Shown: positions 13,891 through 28,358 of the stretch, piece after piece
How the letters are laid out: each line of letters opens with the position of its first letter
Numbering within the stretch: the first letter of the stretch is position 1
Translations under genes and position numbers: made by a program
From: Octopus vulgaris
Taxonomy: Eukaryota
NCBI GenBank assembly: GCA_951406725.2
Contig: OX597823.1
Coordinates: 37,758,001-37,822,000 of the forward strand
Reading direction: 5' to 3'
DNA: 64,000 bases
Notes under the pieces: model-generated
What the model saw: only the letters and a program-made list of their open reading frames with translations
Database searches by the model: none
What the model was told of the DNA's origin: nothing

Positions 13891-14810
13891 TCTCAGTGAT
13901 GCAATGATAACAATAAAATGAAAACACAGGGACTTAGAAGGCCAGAAAGATTACAAACAATGTTTCAACTTATGGAGCTCCAAATTTCCATGACTTTACA
14001 GTATGGCAGCCATAATGATGATAACGATGATGATGATGGTGGTGGTGGTGGTGATGATACACTTATCAGTGGAACCATTGCTTATGATAGTGTAGTGTTG
14101 TTTCTGATGAAACCTATTGAACAGCTACATGGGTTAAGTGATTGAGAATTTAGTGATGTGGCCAGCTGTTACTTTCAGAAAACCAATATTTGTGGTTTTA
14201 AATGTCAGGTTTTCAGAATGGAATCAAGTGCCATACTGTTCTGACACTTCATCCAGATTTTATAATCAGTTGATTTATTGTCTTAGACATCTCTCTACCA
14301 CATTGGCAATTATAATTAATCGTTTCTCAAAATGTCACAGTTTTATTGGGAATGTTAGCAGAGATTAAGTGACATTCATGCCTTTCTCAAGAATATTAGC
14401 AGTGCACATAAACTGAACACATTTTAACCAATAGCTACCTGTTTTTTAGACTTGACTGAGTGGTTCTTTACCATTTATTCAAAGGAGCTCACCACTATTG
14501 GGGAGAGCCTAGTTGGACCCTCACCTGGTAATATACATAAAAAAAAATTACAGTACCAACTGGTATCAAAACTTACTGAATATAGAAGAAGCTGTTCCTA
14601 TTGATATATTTATCAGTTGAGTACTTCTCAACCTGACACAAAGTAATCTCTACCCAACCAAATGAAAATAATATTGAAGTTTTCATTCTTCTCCATTATC
14701 ATCGAATAGCCATTTTGATAATGTTTCTTTCCATGTCACTCATTCAACTCTGATTTATTTTATACCAGACATTTTAATGTTCCCTTTATTTCAATATTTC
14801 TCTTCCCCAA

Positions 14811-15020
14811 GGCAGTGAGCTGGCAGAATCATTGGCACTCCAGGCAAAATGCTTAGTGGTATTTCATTCATCTTTACATCTAAGTTCAAATTCTGCTGAG
14901 GTCAACTTAGCCTTTCATCTGTTCAGAGTTGATAAGATAAGTACCAGTTGATCAATGGGGTTGATGTAATCAACTTACTCCCTCCCTTGAATTTGCTGGC
15001 CTTGTGCCAAAATTTTGAAC
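14811..15020 (+). mobile_element. tRNA-derived SINE
   Basis: A-box-like tggcagaat, B-box-like agttcaaattc; multiple copies in window. Confidence 0.78.
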
Positions 15021-15489
15021 CAATATTTCTCTTCTGCTCTCCACTCTTTCTCTATGTCTATGTGTTTGAGGAGAGGGAAAATATTTAGATAAATTGTGCA
15101 ATGTCTCTCACCCCTTTCTCTCATTCTTTCTATCTTTATGTTCATATTACTATGCATGCATGCACATGTGTCTGTGTGTGTGCATGCATACATGCATGTG
15201 TGTGTGTGTGTTTGCCTCCAGTCCCAAAACATACTGTTGCTAAAACAGGTTGAATATCCAGTTAACCATGCCAGATAATCAGTCTCCAAACAGCTATGTC
15301 CAGTAGTCTCATTCTCCATCCTCTATATCAATGACAAGAAAATTTAGAGTTTACGACCATTTTTTTAAATGATGATTAATTCTGTATTGTGTTTCAGGAT
15401 GGTCATTGGACAAGTTTAAATAGTTTAGAAACCATCTTCATTTTATTAACCATCATGATTTGTTTGTTCCTTTTTAATTCTCACAACAC

Positions 15490-17082
15490 TCCCTCTCCCT
15501 TCTTCTATGGACCAGTACCAGTCTGTGGATCATTTGCTACTGGGTTGCAAATAAATAATTAACTTGTTGAACTTTATTGAACTTTAATTTTAAAAGATTT
15601 GTTTAAATATTCAATATTCATCTACTCAAAACTATCTATCACAACTGTAAGCACTTTTTGCAATTAAAGTATATTTTTTATTTATTTCTAACTAGCATAG
15701 ATACCTGGTGTTGCTTGGGATCAAAATGGCATAGTTTTTTATTCTTTTACTTGTTTCAGTCATTTAACTGTGGCCATGCTGGAGCACTGTCTTTAGTTGA
15801 ATAGAAAGAAAGAAAAAAAAAGAAAGAAAGAGGGTGGGAGGGAGGAAGAAATAAAGAAAAAAGAAAGGAAGGAAAGAAAGAAAGAGGGAGAAAGAAAGAA
15901 AGAACAAAAGAAAGTATGAAAGAAAGAATGAAAGAAAGAACGAAAGAAAGAGGGAAAGAACAAAAGAAAGAAAGAGGGAGGGAAGGAGAAAGAAATAAAG
16001 GAGAAAGAAAGAAGGAGGGAGGGAGAAAGAAGGAAAGGAAGGAAGGAAGGAGAGAGGGAGGGAGGGAGAAAGAAAAGAAAGAACAAAAGAAAGAGAGAAA
16101 GAAACAGAAACTATTACAGAGGGTGAGAGAAAAAGAATGAGAAGAGAAGCAGAATGAGAAAAAGGAGAGAATCAGTTGAAAACTGCAGTTTTTAGAGAAA
16201 AACCTATGTAAAACACGTTTTTTCCCTGTTTCTCACTTTACGCGGGAGCTCTGGGCAAAAAATTATAGAAATGCTGGCAAACTGAAAAATTTCACCTGAG
16301 CTTAATAGTGTTTTGCAAGATGTGATTAAAGTTATTAACTACATTTAAAGTATATGCTCTTAACTCGTGCCTGTTCGAGCAACTTTGTGAAGAGATGGAT
16401 GCAGAACATTATTCACTGAGTGAGTGCATGATCACCTGTCCCAGCTTTCAAAAGTGTTTGAACATTACTTTCCAAACACAAAAGATCTCTGGATAGGAAA
16501 GGAATTAATCTGCAATCTGTTTGTGAACAAGTCAGGTGAATCAACTTTAACCCTGATAGAAGAAGATCAGCTGCTTGCCATTACAAATGATGGTGGCTTT
16601 AAAGGTTTATCTGAGACAACTTCAAACCTTCTTGCATTCTAGATTAAAGTCAAGACAGAATATCCTGACATCACCACAAAAGCACTGAAAGCTCTGCTTC
16701 CTTTTCTAACATCCAGGGTTTTCTGCAATGACAATAACCAAAACAAAATTATGAAGTAGACTAGACGTAAGGAACACACTTTGAGTGTCATTGTCTCCCA
16801 TCACTCCCAGATGGGACCATCTAGTTTCAGGGAAACAAGCATAGGGCTCCCACTGATTCTACATTATGGTGTGTTGATATTGATATGATAATAATGTAAT
16901 AAGTATTGATTCAAAGAAACTAAACACACAAGTTTGTAGTTGGGCTGGAGCCCAGACATCTTTTTATTATTGCTTTCTTTATTGAAATGCACTTAAATTG
17001 CACATATGTACCACTACCGGTCTGCAGAAGGATTGTCCAGTATGAAGTCAGTCTGTGGTATAAAAATGGTTGGAGACCACTG
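15490..17082 (+). mobile_element. Degenerate hAT (Buster/Charlie-type) DNA transposon, interrupted by another insertion
   Basis: Transposase pieces ALNSCLFEQLCEEMDAEH, EEDQLL, KTEYPDITTKALKALLPF, RWDHLV; 3' TIR ggttggagaccactg followed by tctTAaac. Confidence 0.82.
15692..16260 (-). mobile_element. Helitron-like 3' end plus SINE tail and purine-rich low-complexity tract
   Basis: - strand reads cccaagcaacaccaggtatctatgCTAG/t; (GAAA/GGAA)n at 15800-16170. Confidence 0.45.
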
Positions 17083-17192
17083 TCTTAAACAACTCAATAC
17101 TTGAAATATTAAGAGAAACATAACCATCTGATGTGTTTATAAAGAATCTATCTACAATAAAAGAAGGACAAACTGCGCAAAGCCTGTTTTAA

Positions 17193-17411
17193 CCCTTTTG
17201 TGTTTAAACTGGCCATATCTGGCCCAGATATTCTACATGTTTTATATTCAAACTGGCGATATCTGGCCTCTCACACCTACCCGACAATGTCATTCTAAAT
17301 AAAAACAATCACATCATTGAAACCTCAAAGATATAAGATAATGCATAATTAATTCAAAACATTTGAGTGGAAAAGTATTACATTTAACAGAGTAATCTGA
17401 ACACTAAAGGG
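17193..17411. mobile_element. piggyBac-like MITE
   Basis: TTAA on both sides; termini cccttttgtgtt / aacactaaaggg. Confidence 0.7.
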
Positions 17412-18757
17412 TTAAGAGTTTTTACAGTTTCATCAGCAGTCACACTACATTTTATTACTACCATGGGATTGTACTTATAGCTACTGTTGTTATATTACAC
17501 ATGCACACACATATCTAGCTTTCACTTCTCATATAGAAAGTTGTTTTCAGCCATTGAGAATGTTTGTGAAATAGTAAATACCATTTTCGACTACATCTCT
17601 AACTGATGCTGTTCACCCTTTCTTAGACATAGGATCATATTGAGAGGTACGATTATAGTAAGCAGAGTCCACCTTGGCATGTTGCCAGTAATTTATTGTC
17701 ATTTTAATCATGTAAGAGAGAAGATGACATGTAAAATTTATCTTAGGTGGTTTCTAAGATCAGTGAAGGAAATGAAATACTGCTCTGTCAAATCAATGTT
17801 TACTCAGAGCATTGAAAATTGATTAATGTCAATGTGCAAGGCCACAGATTTAAGGACTTCAGTGTAGTTAATTAAATCAACCCTAGTATTTGAGAGGAAT
17901 TTATTTTAGAAACCCTGGAAGAATGAAAGGACTGAAAAGCAAAGTTTACCTTGGTAGGATTCAAAATCTGAATGTAATGATGTGTGATGGAATATTTAAA
18001 GAATTTGTCAAATATTTTATGGTTCTGTCAAACTGTGTCTCTCCAACACCAACTTTTTTGTCCCACATTGCTATGAAATCGGTGGTAGGGTAGTGAATTA
18101 GCAGAATTTACTGTCCTACCACTGCAGTGTTGGTTAAAATGTCATGTATTCAGTTGTGATCATGAGTTCAAATCCTGCTGAGGTTAACTTTACCTTTCAT
18201 CTTTCCAAGGTCAATAAAATAAAGTATCAGTCAGGTACTAGGATGGATATAATACTTATATTAAACACCTTAGATGTAAATGAAATTATAATAAAAGACC
18301 TAGAGTTTTTCCACTTTCATTTTAGAAAATGAATCAATTTATAAGAAAAACACAATATACTATGTACTTAACAGCCATCCATGGTTTGGTGTGTTCACTT
18401 CAAGAATGACAAAATCACATAGAACATTAATTCTGGCAGAATTAATATTGGTTGAATCAATAGAGGAAACAACATTATTGGAAGATGTCCGAAATTAAGA
18501 TGATAAGATTGTCACATAGTGGGACCAAACCCGGAACCATGTGGTTGGGAAGCAAACTTCTTAAGAATATATTGCCCATATACAGTGGTGGTTCTCTTAA
18601 GCTTTTCTCTGCCCCAACCTCAACCATTGTTTTCTTTTTCTGACAGATTTCTGAGAAGTCATTTGTTTTCCTTATTTGATTTTCCTAAAAATTCATTGAT
18701 GACATGACATAAGCTTATTAAATATTCGAAATATACTTTCACATTTCTTCTGTTCCT

Positions 18758-18759
<2 letters not shown>

Positions 18760-18788
<29 letters not shown>

Positions 18789-19261
18789 TATGCACGCACA
18801 CACACACACACACACAATGTGCACGTGGCATACACACAAAGACATACTGATGGTCAGTCTATAGAAATAGTTACATACACATAAATACACAATTACAAAG
18901 AAAAGCATATGTATATGTGTGTGTGTGTGTATGTATATGTGTATGTGCGTGTGTGTGTGTGTAAATATATATATTTATACATACATATATATGAAAATGT
19001 ACACGGTGTCATGTCTCATGAACATAAACTAAAATGCCCTTCCCCACAATCTGGCATTTGAATGCACAAATGTAATTAATGCGTGAATATATGTACACAT
19101 TCATATACACTCTCTTTCTCTCTCTGACACACTCACATATATACACATGCATACATCTACATATGTATACACATGTATGTTTATGTGTGTGTTTGTGTAC
19201 ATATATACACATAAATATATATACATATGTATATATGTACATACACATACATATAGTGATA

Positions 19262-19297
<36 letters not shown>

Positions 19298-19430
19298 TAT
19301 ATATATATATGTATATATATATGTGTGTGTATGTGCATATATGTGTGTGTGTGTGTATATATATGTATGTATGTATGCATGCATGTATGTATGTATTTAT
19401 GTATGTATGTGTGCATTTGTGTGTGTGTGA
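18760..19430. repeat. Compound (CA)n/(TA)n/(TATG)n microsatellite region
   Basis: Directly visible. Confidence 0.9.
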
Positions 19431-20526
19431 TCATGTACTAAAGTTCAGAAGTTTACACAGTATTACTCCCAGCTGTTACTTGATCATGACAAATCTGTTC
19501 CTTTTCTTGTTTGCCAGTCTTTCTTGTCTACGTAGAATGTGATCCACGTTTGTTATCTACCTCTGGTTTATCCATTTTAATCAATGCTGCCATGCAGTCA
19601 CTAATTGTCGTGTTGTCGACGTAGCTAAATGACCAAACAGCTTAACTTATCATCTGCTTTACCTCAAAAACAAATCTTGCATAGATATTACATTAGTAAC
19701 ACAAAACTGACTGGGAAAAAAAAGTACAAAATCCCTAAAAGTATTAAATATGCATATTTTCTATTAAAAAATTATCATTTTAGTGAAATATTTCACAATT
19801 TTTCAACAAGTTTTCTCTCTTTGCTTCAAATAGAAATTTGGCAAAAGAAAGGAACACCATTAAATATAAAATCATCACAACAAACTTGAGGCTTTAAACA
19901 TCAAATTATTTATTGTTTTTTAATTCAAAGAAGATTCTTCACTTTAAAGAAAGAACAGAAAGGCGAAAAAACCCCCCCAAAAACTGACAAAACCCAGGTA
20001 TTTTGAGTTCGTTCATTGATGGGAATATTAAAGATAATCAAGGATTATTACTAATTACTGAACTGATATCAAACCTGTCCAAACACATTATTTAAGCACC
20101 AGAATTGTAAGTTCGATTGTTTATTCTTTTATTTTTTTATTTGCTTCAGTCATTGGCCTGTGGTCATGCTGGAGCACTGACTTGAAATCAACCACAATAT
20201 TTATTTTTTACATTTGGTACTTATTCTTCTTTTAGTTCTATTTTGCTGAAACATTAAGTTATGGGGACATAAACAAACCATCACTAGTTTCAAGTTGTAA
20301 AAGAAAAGTACAAACACATATGCATACCCACACATATATACATTCGGACATACATACATAGATACTTAGATACATATGTACATGCATGCATACATACATC
20401 ACACAGCTACATCCTTGTTACATGAGAAAAGCCATTGCCAAGAAGACTTACTGAAATGATTCATGATTGTTGCCATGTGATGCCCTTAAATGACTTTTAA
20501 GCCCGGCCAAGCTTTTACACATTTTA

Positions 20527-22360
20527 TTACATATTAGACAACTGTGCTGGCTGACTGGCAGGAGAAATGGGTACCACCATATGCACTCTCTTAACATGTC
20601 TTTTTAGACCTCCAACTGAGAGGTACACCCTTCCACATTTTACACATATTCTGTTATGAATTTTAATAGCCACATCATTATTTATCATAGGTCGATTTCT
20701 ATTAGAATTTTGATGGCTCTCCAGGCCTGCATGACTCAAACACCTCCACACACATAAAAAGCAACACTCTCTCACTTTCCACAGGTTTAGCCCTTCTAAG
20801 TCCCCTCCTAATTCTCACATACTTCCCTCTCTCCTTCTCAAACCTTGAACAACCATCATGCACTATCTTCTTTCTCCATCCATCACGGTCTTGTGCCTCC
20901 CTCTCCAATTTCCAGCTGCAATTCCTGTCTGTGCATTTTTAAGGCTATCTTTAAACCTTAGTTTAGGCTTATGCGCTGGTCTCCTGCCATCTTCCAGCTC
21001 ATCATACAATAGCTGCTTTGGCAGTCGCCCATCACTCATCCTTACCAAATGCTCCTTCCACCACCACCAACTCAAACGTCTTTGCAAAATCATTGACTCT
21101 ATACTTCTACTGCCACTCCTCTCAAGTACCTCCACATTACTAATGGCCATTTTCCAGTTTATCCCCCAAATTTTTCTCAGACAGTATTGATGAAATCGTT
21201 CCAATTTCCTTACCTGCCTACGGTAAACAACCCATGCCTCACTTCCATATAGCAAAAATGGGAGGATGCATGTGTTATACACCTTAACTTTAATTTCTAA
21301 AGATATACTATGTTGTTTCCACAGATGTCTATCAAGCCTACTAAAAGCACTACTAGCCCTGCTGATTCTGTATGAAATTTCATCATCAAGACCAGCGGTG
21401 CTCAAGGTACTTCCTAAATAAATAAATCTAGGTACAGTCTCCAACCGTTGACCATTCACAATTATAAAAGGTTCCGCATACATCTTGGAGGGAGCGGGCT
21501 GGTACATTATAACAGTTTTTTTTATATTGATTGTTAGACCCAATGCTGCACATGTTGCAGAAATCGCATTCACCATGTGCTGCATATCTTTCTGAAAATG
21601 TGCCAACAGGTCACAATCATTTGCATACAGAAACTCAACAAGGTGAGAATGCAGAACTTTCATTTTGGCACAGAGTCTTTTGAGATTGAACAGTTTTCCT
21701 GTTGTCCTATATCAGGGCAACCTTTAAAAGGTATTGCGAAATATATAGCAAACAGTGTAGGAGCAGAAATATCACCTTGCTTTACACTATTTTCTACAGA
21801 AATTGGATCTGATAAGGTACCTCCAACATTAACTCTCAATTCCATCTTGTTATGAAATTGTCTAAGCATTCTCACAAATTTTTCAGGGCATCCTAGTTTT
21901 TTTAGGATCTCCCAAAGTGCAATTCTATTGATAGAAGCAAATATTTTTGTTAGATCAATGAAAACCTGGTATGTTCATATCCTGTTTAATGCACTTCTCT
22001 TGCAATTGTCTAGCTGAAAATAACATATCCATAGTACTCCTACTATCCACATTGCGATTCTGGTAGAACCTCATCAGCAATGTGCAGAAGCAATCTATCC
22101 AGCATTATCCCACAGAGGACCATTCCAGAAACAGCTAACAGACATGTGCCACGATAATTATCACATACATCCTTTCCACCTTTAGATTTATATAGTATCT
22201 CCATAGTTGTATCATGCCAATCCGGAGGAACCTCTTCACTTTGCCAAACTCTCTGAATCACATCCATCAACATTACACAAAGATGATCACCACCATATTT
22301 ATATATCTCTGCACCTAGTCCATCCATACCAGGGGCCTTTCCATTGTTCAGTTTCCTGAT
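20527..22360 (-). mobile_element. Degenerate RTE-clade LINE (RT + C-terminal C2H2-like finger)
   Basis: NYRGTCLL, LPESQCG, VKQGDISAPTLF, FLYANDC (YADD site mutated), FIYLGS, LLYGSEAW, RLPKQLLY, CVKCGR..LKRH. Confidence 0.9.
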
Positions 22361-22539
22361 TCCTGCTTTATTTCACATAACAAGCTTCTGCACTGTTAAT
22401 TTTTACTAAATTCCCTTACAAGCATTTGTTAAGCTATCAAACAGCCTTCTTGGCAGCTTCAGAGATGGAATTTATAGCTCTTGTCTTTGCTGAACTAGTA
22501 CCTCCAAGTTCAGTAAGAGCTTTGCAAAACAAATACCCT

Positions 22540-23110
22540 ACAAAACCCTCGCAGCCTACATCAGCTGCTTCATGATGTGCCCTTCAGCCTTGGTAATAGC
22601 AGTCTTCAGTGAAGTTATGGTATTGTGAAGATATTGATTAGTCTCCCTTACAATAACATTCAAACATAACAGTCCATGAGATTTAAAGCTGCCAAGTTTG
22701 AAGGCCATAAGTTTGGCGTTATATGATCATAAAGATTGTCTGACATCTGTCCTGGGGTTACTTGGACTTTTTGAGAAAGTGCTGAGTCTTGTTGAAATAC
22801 ATATGGCCTTCCACTGCATACTTCATTCACCCAGGGCTTAACAACTGTCACCTGCACCTTAACACACCCAGCAACATTAATTCTAAGTTGTTGACCCCTG
22901 ATTTAAATGTTTCTGCCTCTAAAATATGTGGTCTGGTTAGAAACATGACGAGAAGGGATGCAGAACATGGCAGTGGTCCCTTGGTACAACTGTTAAGGGC
23001 TGATGAATTTCCTCCTCTGGCTTATCATGTCTCTCAACCCATTAGCACCCATGGTTCGTTTTTTAGGACCAGCAGGATAATCCATCATATTTCTGCAACA
23101 CCTGTATTTT
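22540..23110 (-). mobile_element. Tc1/mariner DD37D (maT-type) transposase fragment
   Basis: FQQDSA...LNLMD with 37 residues between the two Asp. Confidence 0.75.
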
Positions 23111-23715
23111 TCTGAGATATCTTTAGTTAGTCATCAAGAATGGAGTGTCTTTCAAATATTGTAATAAAATTTTTTATATATATTTAGTATCAGATAAAGT
23201 TGTATAAAAAAAGAATTTTGTTAATAAATTCAATAAAAAAGATTTGGGCTCTAATGGGTTAATTAAGGTGGAGGTAACAAAAGTGATTTTGTCCCTGGAT
23301 GCTGAGAATCCTGGCTCTGCCTCTAGGCATAATACCTATGGTTATTGTTGTTATTCAGGGCAATGCATTTAGGTAATGTTATTTAGTTATGAATCTTTTT
23401 GTTCCGAGTTCAAACCTTAATGAAGTCAATATTACCTGTTGCCTTTCCTGCGGCAGTAAAATAAAGTGCCAGTCAAATACTAAGGACAATTTAATCATCA
23501 TCATCATCATCATCATCATCATTTAATGTCTGCTTTCCATGCTGGTATAGGTTAGACTGAAACTGGTAAGCCGAAGAGCTGCACCAGGTTCCAGTCTGAT
23601 TTGGCATGGTTTCTATGGCTGGATGCCCTTCCTAATGCAATCATCTATATCCTCCCCAAAATCTGCGACCTCATGTTAATGTTTGAATTTATTATTGTCT
23701 ACCTCTAGTATCAAA

Positions 23716-23957
23716 ATGGATATGATGCAACTATTGAAAGTTGTCGCTGTAATTACAGCTGCTCTTTTAGTATGGAGTTGTGATAATGTTTCTGCCAATT
23801 ACCTGAAACGGACCAGCAACACAGCTCTTTCTTCTTACATGAATTTAGAACAACAATTTGCTTTGGAATCAGAAATCATCAGTTTAATGCAAACCCTGAA
23901 AATAGAAGAGATGCGAGCAAAAAAAGATACAGAATTAGATTTAAACGAAATAGAAAT
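23716..23957 (+). CDS. P4HA: P4HA-like coding exon 1 (signal peptide, start of N domain)
   Basis: [22 protein letters not shown] hydrophobic N-terminus; donor GTAAGT at 23958 (phase 2); acceptor-like ctctag ending at 23708 suggests an upstream non-coding exon. Confidence 0.85.
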
Positions 23958-26900
23958 GTAAGTATTCCTTGTTTTAATTTTTTTATTTTATTGCTTTCAG
24001 GTTTCTGCTACCTGTAAGATATGTTCCATATTTACTCATGAATGATTCTAACATGTGTATAAGTCACATTCCAGTTTTTTCAGCAACAGTGTGATATATA
24101 CATGAATAAATATGGTGTTTATTATGAATTTACCACACAATCATACTCTTATATAGAGATGAATCATTTAGGTGAGGAAACTATTGTACTTAGAATTTAT
24201 AGGCTACAGTGTTTTATTTAACTGGAAACTGACCTGATTTGTGGTTGTGTGTTAAAACTGAAGTAATTACATGATTTAAAAGTCATTTTAGCAATCTAAA
24301 CACAGTTAGATTTTCTTTGTGTTTATTTCCAAGTTACAATAGGACTGTTTCATTGATCAGATTGCAATGGAGTGACAAAATCTTAGAAATTTCAATAAAA
24401 TGTAAATTCCATAGATTTTGTTAGTTAGTTACAATAGCTCTGCCATGATGCGATTGCTTATTAATTCAATGTTTGATATATAAATTCTATACTGAGATGT
24501 AGTTTATTTAACTGTGGTGAACAAGTTTACAGCTCTGAAAATGTCATCTGCAATAGGTAAGAATACTGCCTGGCAAAAAGAACATCATACTTAGAGCTAA
24601 TAATATGTTTTATGAGCTCCTGATGCTTGTATGGGAAACAGCTCAATGCAAAATAGAATCATCTTTAATTTAATTGAAAAGATGTGTTAATTATAAGACT
24701 TCATTTATTTTTGTTTCTTTTCAGTCAAGTTAATCAATCCAAAGCTGTCCATAGAGTTGTTGGCACTGATCTTGAAGAATATCTTAACCATCCTTTTAAT
24801 GCTTTCCATTTAATAAAACGGCTTTATTATCAATGGCTAAAGATCCTTAATAAAATTCTAGGGAAGAAAATTCAACACAAAGGTTTGTGTGCGGAATTAA
24901 TTTTCTTTTTGTTCTAGTTATGGTTTCCTTTTTGCTGTTCTATTTATGTTTTTCTTTCAGAGTAAATCGTTTTATATTTATTAGAACGATATGTGAATTA
25001 AATAAAACCCTAAAGTCTTGAAAAATATATATCTAGTGGAAGTGAAATGTAAGAAGAAAATCAATGTTTAAATTATATATAATGATAGATATCACTTATA
25101 TGAACTAAAAGTGTGTTTCTGCCAATGTTTACATTGATAAGCATGCACTATAACCGTGTTTACAGGGAAATTTTAGAAAAAAAAAAAAGAAAATTCATAA
25201 TTATAGAGAAGACAAAATTCTTTGCCTTTATCATAAGGGAACGAAATAGAGAGAATCAACCAATCTAAATTAAATTGTTTATTATGGTATTTTAGATACC
25301 AAATTAATTTAGTAAGCCCTGTTCTGTTACGTTTATTCCTATCCCTAAATGTAGAGTAATGATTAGAAATTCTTTTAGATAACTGAGAAGAAGAACTTCA
25401 TATATAAAAAAAGACATCAGTACCTGAAGTAATTTTACACTGGTATATAGAGTTTTTAATCTTAGAATTACTTGACATAAACTTAATTCTGTTGGAATTG
25501 ACTTCAGAGACAATAACCTTGTTTTTAATATCTCCTTACATAATATTCATCTGTTAAATAAGAACCCATTTACTAATACTAACATTAATTTAGCTAATAT
25601 TATCCATCCCCCTAGAAATATTAATAACAAGGTTATTGTCTCTGAATTCAATTCCAACAGAATTAAGTTTATGTCAAGTAATTTGTACCCCTACCATCAC
25701 TTGACATCCAATGTTGCTGTGTTTACATCCCAGTAACTTAGCAGTTCTGCAAAAGATACCGATAGAATAAGTACTAGGCTAACAAAGAATAAATTACTCT
25801 CTCTCTCCCTATCTTTATAGGATGTAAAGCTTGACTTGAAAAATCAATCAACCATATTTACATCAGCTACACACACACACTCACATATTTACCTATTCAC
25901 TTACTAGGCTCTGCCTCTGTACCCAATCACAGTAAACAATGACCCTGATGATACTGTACTGACATTAACATCAGGATGCACATCTAACAGTGTGCAGTTA
26001 ATGCTGTTGAAATGCATGTAGGTCTATGAAAGAATGCCGTAAATAACTGTTTAATAAAATTATAGATGTGTTCTTCTGATTATTATTGATACACACACAC
26101 ACACATATATGTATGAGCACCTCAATCAGTCAATCACCACCATACATCACCTCCGACCCCACACCATATCATCCTCTGCACCTCTTCCCCTCCCATCCCA
26201 ATACTATTTTTCTCCTTTGCTACTCAGAACCATCTCACTTGTTAACCATTCTTCATCCAGTAAATATTGTTCTCCACCCTCATATGTTACAATGGTCATC
26301 CCCCTCCTCCTCCCCCCTTCCCCTATCTCTCTTTCCATACATTCTTGCAGACCTCCATTTCCCCCACCCACTATTGCTCCTGCTATCTGTGGTGTTACCT
26401 AGACACCTCATCACTACTGTCTATCTCCTTGGAGATACATTTAATTCATTCTCACTCTCTCTCTCTCCTAAATGTGAGTTGCTATGTAGCTCCTCTACAA
26501 GAACCTGTTCTACTTCAACCTCTTCCCTCATTGCCTTAACCCCACTCCTCAGGTTTGTAGACTTGCAAGCAATAGTGCTTGTGGTACAAAAAAATAAATA
26601 AAGAAAGCACCCAACACACACTGTAAAATGGTTGGCGTTAGGAGGAGCATTCAGACATAGAGACAATGCCAAAGCAGACACTGGAGCATAATGCAGTCCT
26701 TCGACTCATTGGATTCTTGTCAAACTGCCAACGCATATCAACATAGAACATAGATGTTAAATGATGATGATGATGATGATGATGCTGTATAGGGATGAAA
26801 ATATGGAATATCTCTCAAAATAATTTATTGTAAAGCAATGCTTTATCATTTAATGTAACAGTTTACAAACTTATGTGATACAGTAATCCCTCGCCATATC

Positions 26901-27277
26901 GTGGTTCACTTATTGCGGTTTGTTATATAAGCTTAGGTCAATTCCTCAATTCCTCTGTGGTGTTGCTTTGCATTTATAATAAAATAAATATCTACAAATT
27001 ATAAAATAATGATAAGAAAATACAGTACAGTACTGTTTCTACTCTGTAGATTTTCAGCTATTGCAGGGTGGTTTTGGAACTTAACTCCCACAATAGTTAA
27101 GGAATTACTGTACATTATTTTCAAAATCACCACACATTAAATAAGGGGAGATCCCTAGAAGCACACATTACTTTTGTTTCAGCATTAATCTACCACTATC
27201 CACAAACAGATAATCCCATTGCTTATTTCATTTGTCATCTCATCACGGAGATGTAACAGGTATGGACTCATTCACAT

Positions 27278-27308
<31 letters not shown>

Positions 27309-27975
27309 CGCATGCACACACTCACGCACACACACATGCAGAAATACACACCTGGGTATAATTATATGAGTTCTAATTTTTCTGGTTTAATTGCTCATCT
27401 TTTTGTTTTTATTTTCTTCTTAGGTTTGCGTTTGAAGTTAGATAATTTGGTTGAGAGTTTCCCTGATGAAGAAGACTTCATCACAATTTCATGGGGTCTA
27501 GCTAGGATGCAATATCTCAAGAACATAGACCTCACACTTCTAGTGAATGGCACTGTCTTCAACAAACATTCCCTACAGAAACCAACAGTCACTGACCTTT
27601 TTCAGATTTCACGAATGATTTTTGATGAAGGAAACTTCTACACTGCTAGTCAATGGTTGCGGGAAACTCTGAAAATATGCAAGAAGAGTGGCGAGAAAAA
27701 TAAGTGTTCTGATGAGTTGCTAGATAACAAGACACTAAATATCACCAACATCTTAAATCTGTTAGCATCTTCTTTGTTTGAGGTGAGAAAATTCTGTTTT
27801 ATTGAAATAAATTTTTGTCACTCAGTTTTATGTATGTGAGTGTGTATGTGTTTTGGCATGATTTTTATGGCTGGATGCCTGTACCAAAACAGACACAGAA
27901 GTCTGGTGCCATCTTTTGCCTGGACAGCTTCTGTCAAACTGTTCAACCCATGCCAGCATTGAAAGCATACAATAA

Positions 27976-28013
<38 letters not shown>

Positions 28014-28326
28014 AAATGTGTGTGTGTGTGCATGTAAAAAGCACTCAGTCCACTCTGCATAGTGGTTGGTGTTAGGAAGGGCATCCAATCATAAAAACCC
28101 TGCCAAAACAGACACAGAAGTCTGGTACAGGGTCCTGCCTGGCCAGCTCCTGTCACACCAGCCAACCTATGCTATCATGGGAGGAGGACATTAAACGATG
28201 AGGATGATGCTGATGAGGATGTTGATGATGATGATAGGGATGATGATGATGATGATGATGATGATATGTATGTATGATTATATATATATGTGTGTGTGTA
28301 TATATATATGTGTGTGTACGTATATG

Positions 28327-28358
<32 letters not shown>

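Noticed and set aside
15793-16140. K/E/R-rich and F/S/L-rich ORFs
   Set aside because: Purine-rich low-complexity tract, no domain
18326-18498. Acceptor-like site followed by ~56 open codons
   Set aside because: No recognisable homology and no linked exons
19009-19542. ORFs rich in Y/I/C/V/M/H/T (also 5022-5398, 28153-28686, 30350-30801, 55716-56029)
   Set aside because: Translations of (TA)n, (CA)n and (TATG)n microsatellites
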